Below, piece by piece: positions 60,130-64,000 of a DNA stretch of 64,000 bases. Position 1 is the stretch's first letter. Every line of letters starts with the position of its first letter. The position numbers and the translations under genes are program-made. Below the pieces are notes generated by a model, which searched no databases, was not told the origin of the DNA, and saw nothing but the letters and a program-made list of their open reading frames with translations. Origin of the DNA: Syntrophales bacterium (lineage in GTDB: Bacteria > Desulfobacterota > Syntrophia > Syntrophales > UBA2210); NCBI GenBank assembly GCA_963662405.2, contig CAXXKT010000002.1:64001-128000 (forward strand), written 5' to 3'.

Positions 60130-60942
60130 TTACGCTTCGAATATAACACGCTTGATATCAAAGACCGGCCCCTCGGTACAGGCCCTGACCAGTTTTTCTT
60201 CTCCGTCGTCTCCCCGTGTCCTGACCACACACCCGAGACAGGCGCCGATGCCACAGGCCATCCGTTCCTCCAGAGAGACCTGGCAGGCAATGGGTTGGTC
60301 TTGTAACAATGTCTGCAGGCTCCTGAGCATGGACCGCGGGCCGCAGGAGTAGATCCGCACGTCATCGCCGTTATAGCAACCCAGGTCTTGCCGAAACAAC
60401 TCGGTTACCGTCCCGTGATATCCCCTGCTTCCGTCATCGGTGCTTATTTTTACCTCCGAGCAGACCTGTTCTAGCCGCTCCAGTCCCGGAATCACCCCCG
60501 CCTCCCCCGCGCCAAGGTAGCAGATGATATCCGGATCGGGAAACCGCTCTCGACATCGCTGTGCGAGAAAGGCAAGGGGGACCACCCCGATCCCGCCGGC
60601 GATCAGGATAATCTTTCTAGATGAAGGCGAAAGATCAAAGCCCTTGCCCAAAGGTCCCGCAGCGCGGAGAGCGGTTCCCTCCTTCAGCCGCGAGAACAGC
60701 TTCGTCCCCTTACCGACAACCTTATATAAGAGTTCCATAAAGGTTTCATTGCCTTTGGAGTAGACTGAGGAGATGCTTAAGGGGCGTGAGAGAAAGGGCC
60801 CGTGATCCGATTCCATTCGAATCATAACGAACTGCCCCGGGAGCGATTTCCTGAAGGATATCGGCACCTGCAGGGTCATCAAAAAATGTCCCCTGATCAT
60901 CTCTCTCTGTGAAAATATTATCGCCACGGTATCGGGATTCAT
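60130..60942 (-). CDS. pyrK: Dihydroorotate dehydrogenase electron transfer subunit
   Basis: PGQFV, RPLSIS, AGGIG, EERMACGIGACLGC...CTEGPVF. Confidence 0.93.
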   Translation of the reverse strand: MNPDTVAIIFSQREMIRGHFLMTLQVPISFRKSLPGQFVMIRMESDHGPFLSRPLSISSVYSKGNETFMELLYKVVGKGTKLFSRLKEGTALRAAGPLGKGFDLSPSSRKIILIAGGIGVVPLAFLAQRCRERFPDPDIICYLGAGEAGVIPGLERLEQVCSEVKISTDDGSRGYHGTVTELFRQDLGCYNGDDVRIYSCGPRSMLRSLQTLLQDQPIACQVSLEERMACGIGACLGCVVRTRGDDGEEKLVRACTEGPVFDIKRVIFEA

Positions 60943-60951
60943 AACACCTTC

Positions 60952-61407
60952 TCACACATCAGCCCACATAATCAGGGCATCTTCACCCGTCTCCTGGTAG
61001 TAGGATGGCCTCACCCCTTCTACCACAAAGCCGAATCGTTTGTATAATGCCAATGCAGCCCTGTTCGACTCCCGGACTTCCAGGGTTACCCGTTTGACGC
61101 CCAGGGCGGAGATAGTCACTATCATCTGCGAGAGAAGTCCCGAGGCAACACCCAGCCGTTGCCAATCCTTGTGAACCGCCACGTTTCTGAGATGGGCCTC
61201 GTCACAGACCACGGCAAAACTGATATACCCCACCAGGATCTCTCCTATCACGGCCACGAGATCGTGACAAAAAGGATAGGCGATCTCTTCCAGAAACATC
61301 TCCCGAGACCAGGGAATGGAAAATGAGACATGCTCGATTACAAGGACATCATCCATGTCGCCGGCCGTCATCTCCCGCGTTCTGATCTCTGCATGTCTCC
61401 TCACCAT
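60952..61407 (-). CDS. rimI: Ribosomal protein S18 alanine N-acetyltransferase
   Basis: IEHVSFSIPWS, LEVRESN, YYQETGEDA. Confidence 0.88.
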   Translation of the reverse strand: MVRRHAEIRTREMTAGDMDDVLVIEHVSFSIPWSREMFLEEIAYPFCHDLVAVIGEILVGYISFAVVCDEAHLRNVAVHKDWQRLGVASGLLSQMIVTISALGVKRVTLEVRESNRAALALYKRFGFVVEGVRPSYYQETGEDALIMWADV

Positions 61408-61423
61408 ATCGGCACGTTACCCG

Positions 61424-62110
61424 CTATAAAATCTTCATCAACATCGCTGTGATGAGGAAGATGCCTGCAAAGAGAGGAACGGCGCCCCGCAGTTTGATCG
61501 TGCTCAGGGCGACGGCGACACCGACGAGAGGGATAACGGAGTAGGTATAGACGAGCGCCCTCAACATTTTCTCCGAAAGAAGCGGAAAGACCCACTCAAG
61601 AAACGCGACACCCGGTATCAGACAAAGAAGAATGACGGTGAAGGAACCCGCAAAAGTCTTCAGAAACCCGTATCTGTGCTCCTTGGCAATTCCCTGCATG
61701 TCTCCCCGGCGGGCATACTCCGCCGCCTTTCGGGAGAGCCTCGCATTTGTCTTTGCGATCCATATATCGACCTGACGGGCAAGAATAGCCGAGGGGAGAA
61801 ACAGAAGTATGGCAAGGGTCATCAGTTCCCGGGACACAGAATCCAGTTCTCTCCCCGCCAGTATCGCACCCGCCGTTGCCAGGACAGCGGCAATCGAGTC
61901 GTTGGGGGTGATATAGCCCCCCATCGGCAGCCGATCAATCCACAAGAGTTCGATAAAGGCCCCGATGATCAACCCGGTGAGGGGTTCCGAAAGCAGCACG
62001 CCGATGATGGGTCCAGCGACGATCGGCCGGGATATCATAACCTGCAGAAACACACGGTCCAAAGAGATAACGCCACCCACAAGGGCCACCTCAAGAAGAT
62101 TCAACCACAT
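61424..62110 (-). CDS. Mannose-class PTS IIC-like membrane subunit
   Basis: LDR...QVMISRPIVAG, IELLW...PMGG. Confidence 0.8.
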   Translation of the reverse strand: MWLNLLEVALVGGVISLDRVFLQVMISRPIVAGPIIGVLLSEPLTGLIIGAFIELLWIDRLPMGGYITPNDSIAAVLATAGAILAGRELDSVSRELMTLAILLFLPSAILARQVDIWIAKTNARLSRKAAEYARRGDMQGIAKEHRYGFLKTFAGSFTVILLCLIPGVAFLEWVFPLLSEKMLRALVYTYSVIPLVGVAVALSTIKLRGAVPLFAGIFLITAMLMKIL

Positions 62111-62173
62111 GATACGCCTTCAGAATAAGGGAAAACTCCGTCGTTCATACACATATCGTGTCTCCCGCCGGTC

Positions 62174-62677
62174 TTATGCTCCGGGATGAACCGCGTGAAA
62201 CTTCTTTGAAGCCCTTAAGAAATCAATGGGCCTGTCTCGCGGGACGCACCGCAGTTCTATCTTGATCCCTTCATCGGCAAGCCACAATAACCCATTCACG
62301 CTATCTTCGTTCAATGATATGGAGGGTGTGGGATGATAGATGCTATTACTCGCATGCACATTACCGATATTGAGGCTTTTGATCTTGAGCCCCAGCCGGT
62401 AGGCCTTCAAAAGATCATCGATGTTTTCAAAGAGAATGATACTTTTCTGTTTCAGATACGTTTTATAGGTGTGTTCCTGTGAAAATTCCTGGACATTGTA
62501 CATGTGTGTCTTGATCTGCTGGGGCACCGCCATCCGGATAACCGTTTCCCTGAACAGATCATCCACAATTTCATCATTGACCACAACGATATGTGACGCG
62601 CCGACAAAGGGAATCCATGCCTCCAATATTTGGCCGTGAACCAATCGGTTATCTATACGTATCAGTGAAGAGTTCAT
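62174..62677 (-). CDS. Mannose-class PTS IIB
   Basis: RIDNRLVHGQ (phospho-His), LNIGN; alternative start 62704. Confidence 0.88.
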   Translation of the reverse strand: MNSSLIRIDNRLVHGQILEAWIPFVGASHIVVVNDEIVDDLFRETVIRMAVPQQIKTHMYNVQEFSQEHTYKTYLKQKSIILFENIDDLLKAYRLGLKIKSLNIGNVHASNSIYHPTPSISLNEDSVNGLLWLADEGIKIELRCVPRDRPIDFLRASKKFHAVHPGA

Positions 62678-62696
62678 CGATGGGGGGCGTCGCAGA

Positions 62697-63110
62697 TCAG
62701 TCATCCGCTTTTCGGTTTAATATCTCACTTGCAAGATAGATGTTTTTTCTTCCGTACACCTTCACGAGGTTGGCAAATTCAGGAAGTTCTTTCTGGTCGT
62801 CACGTATGTCCGATATCTTGAGGAGCATGGGAAGATTGACACCGGTCACCACCTCCACCCTCTTCTCATTCAGGAACGAGAGTGAGATGTTTGAGGGGGT
62901 TCCTCCGAAGAGGTCCGTCATGATGAGGACACCTTCTCCTAGATCGGCCTTCTTGATGGCAGCGGTAATCTCCTTTTTAATATCTTCCACGCCGGTTTTG
63001 GCATCCAGGGAGACGGGTATAATCCCGCGCATGTCTCCCTTTATCATTTCGGCGGCCTTCAAAAGCTCATATCCGAGGTTACCGTGAGTTATAATCAGTA
63101 CACCTATCAT
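62697..63110 (-). CDS. Mannose-class PTS IIA
   Basis: ITHG, TDLFGGTPSN, GVNLPML. Confidence 0.9.
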   Translation of the reverse strand: MIGVLIITHGNLGYELLKAAEMIKGDMRGIIPVSLDAKTGVEDIKKEITAAIKKADLGEGVLIMTDLFGGTPSNISLSFLNEKRVEVVTGVNLPMLLKISDIRDDQKELPEFANLVKVYGRKNIYLASEILNRKADD

Positions 63111-63161
63111 TTCTCCTCCCAAAGCATCTTATTTTTGGATGGAACGGCCCCGTGCTGCTGG

Positions 63162-63231
63162 ACAGTAAATAAATAACCCCCGCATGTCAAGGAAATCTGT
63201 CCTTGACATCGGAGACGCTTCACTTTATATT
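63162..63231. promoter_or_regulatory. Back-to-back sigma70 promoters for the PTS operon (-) and the NUDIX gene (+)
   Basis: Plus strand: TTGACA 63203-63208, N17, TATATT 63226-63231. Minus strand: TTGACA 63190-63185, N17, TACTGT 63167-63162. Confidence 0.7.
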
Positions 63232-63260
63232 TCTAAAAATCACTGACAAATAGAGGGCTT

Positions 63261-63716
63261 ATGAGCCGAAAAATAGTAAAAACCTGTCCGCGTTGCGGAG
63301 AGCAGATGGAATGCTACCATAACCCGATCCCCACGGTCGATATCATTATCGCCATCGAAGGGAAAGGTATCGTTCTGATCCTGAGAAGGAATAATCCCGT
63401 CGGCTGGGCAATCCCCGGCGGTTTTGTCGATTACGGGGAATCACTGGAGGATGCCGCCGTCAGGGAAGCGAAGGAAGAAACCTCTCTCGATGTGGCGCTT
63501 GACGGTCAGCTGCACACCTACTCACGGCCCGACAGGGACCCGCGCCAGCACACCATAACCACGGTTTTTATGGCCAGAGGGACGGGAACGCCTGAGGCTG
63601 CGGATGATGCCGCCGACATAGGAATCTTTACGGAGAGCAACCTTCCCACACCCCTGATGTTCGATCATCGTGAGATACTTGCGGACTACTTCCGGGCGAT
63701 CAAGGGGGAGGAGTGA
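63261..63716 (+). CDS. NUDIX hydrolase with N-terminal CxxC
   Basis: [25 protein letters not shown]udix box; RDPR, FDH. Confidence 0.92.
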   Translation: MSRKIVKTCPRCGEQMECYHNPIPTVDIIIAIEGKGIVLILRRNNPVGWAIPGGFVDYGESLEDAAVREAKEETSLDVALDGQLHTYSRPDRDPRQHTITTVFMARGTGTPEAADDAADIGIFTESNLPTPLMFDHREILADYFRAIKGEE

Positions 63717-63746
63717 TTGGTACCCTCCCGATCACTCCTCCCCTTT
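63702..63746. terminator. 19-bp stem hairpin formed from the 3' ends of two convergent genes
   Basis: AAGGGGGAGGAGTGATTGG-TACCCTC-CCGATCACTCCTCCCCTTT. Confidence 0.65.
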
Positions 63747-63998
63747 CCATACATCCCGCCACACATGCAGCATCATTTCGTAGGTCAGCTCTTCCTTATC
63801 AGTGATACCGATCACAATCGGGATCTCAAGGAAAAAGAGGCCGGGATCAATCTGGGCGCATGAGAGGACAAAGTGATCATAATCATCGTAGTCCTCCTTG
63901 TAATAACTCTCTTCGTATTCAACCGCACAGGCAGGATCAACGGAAAAAACATGGTAGTTGATCCCGTCATCGAGACATCCGTATATCGTCTCGCCCAC
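63732..63998 (-). CDS. Hypothetical acidic protein, probably 5'-truncated by the window edge
   Basis: Open frame running to the window end; no recognised motif. Confidence 0.55.
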   Translation of the reverse strand: MGETIYGCLDDGINYHVFSVDPACAVEYEESYYKEDYDDYDHFVLSCAQIDPGLFFLEIPIVIGITDKEELTYEMMLHVWRDVWKGEE

Positions 63999-64000
63999 CT

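Overview
Bacterial chromosomal window. Gene content suggests an anaerobic Desulfobacterota/'deltaproteobacterial' (Syntrophales-like) organism; this is inference only. It has a housekeeping backbone: CbpA-type J protein, dnaE, guaB, dtd, rsmA, tsaD, nadB, glycine cleavage genes with lipA and lpdA, pyrK/pyrD, rimI, mannose-class PTS IIA/IIB/IIC and an M16 peptidase pair. Two accessory blocks stand out. (1) A ~13.6-kb acyl-CoA uptake/beta-oxidation block (TetR, Liv-type ABC importer with an embedded CoA ligase, hot-dog pair, acyl-CoA dehydrogenase, thiolase, second hbd) lies between two ~490-bp direct repeats. The left repeat is interrupted by an IS3-family element whose empty site is visible in the right repeat. 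The block's promoter is followed by four tandem 19-bp near-palindromic units. (2) A 9-gene minus-strand operon (33.0-42.1 kb) joins two double-cubane-cluster/2-hydroxyacyl-CoA-dehydratase-like reductases, their ATP-dependent activator, an Ssu/Tau/Nrt-type ABC importer with a Tat-signal binding protein, a TauE exporter, an MtaA/CmuA-type methyltransferase-corrinoid fusion and a stand-alone MetH activation domain. This operon is the best candidate for an undescribed system. No tRNA, rRNA or CRISPR array was seen. All calls come from motif recognition by eye, not database searches.
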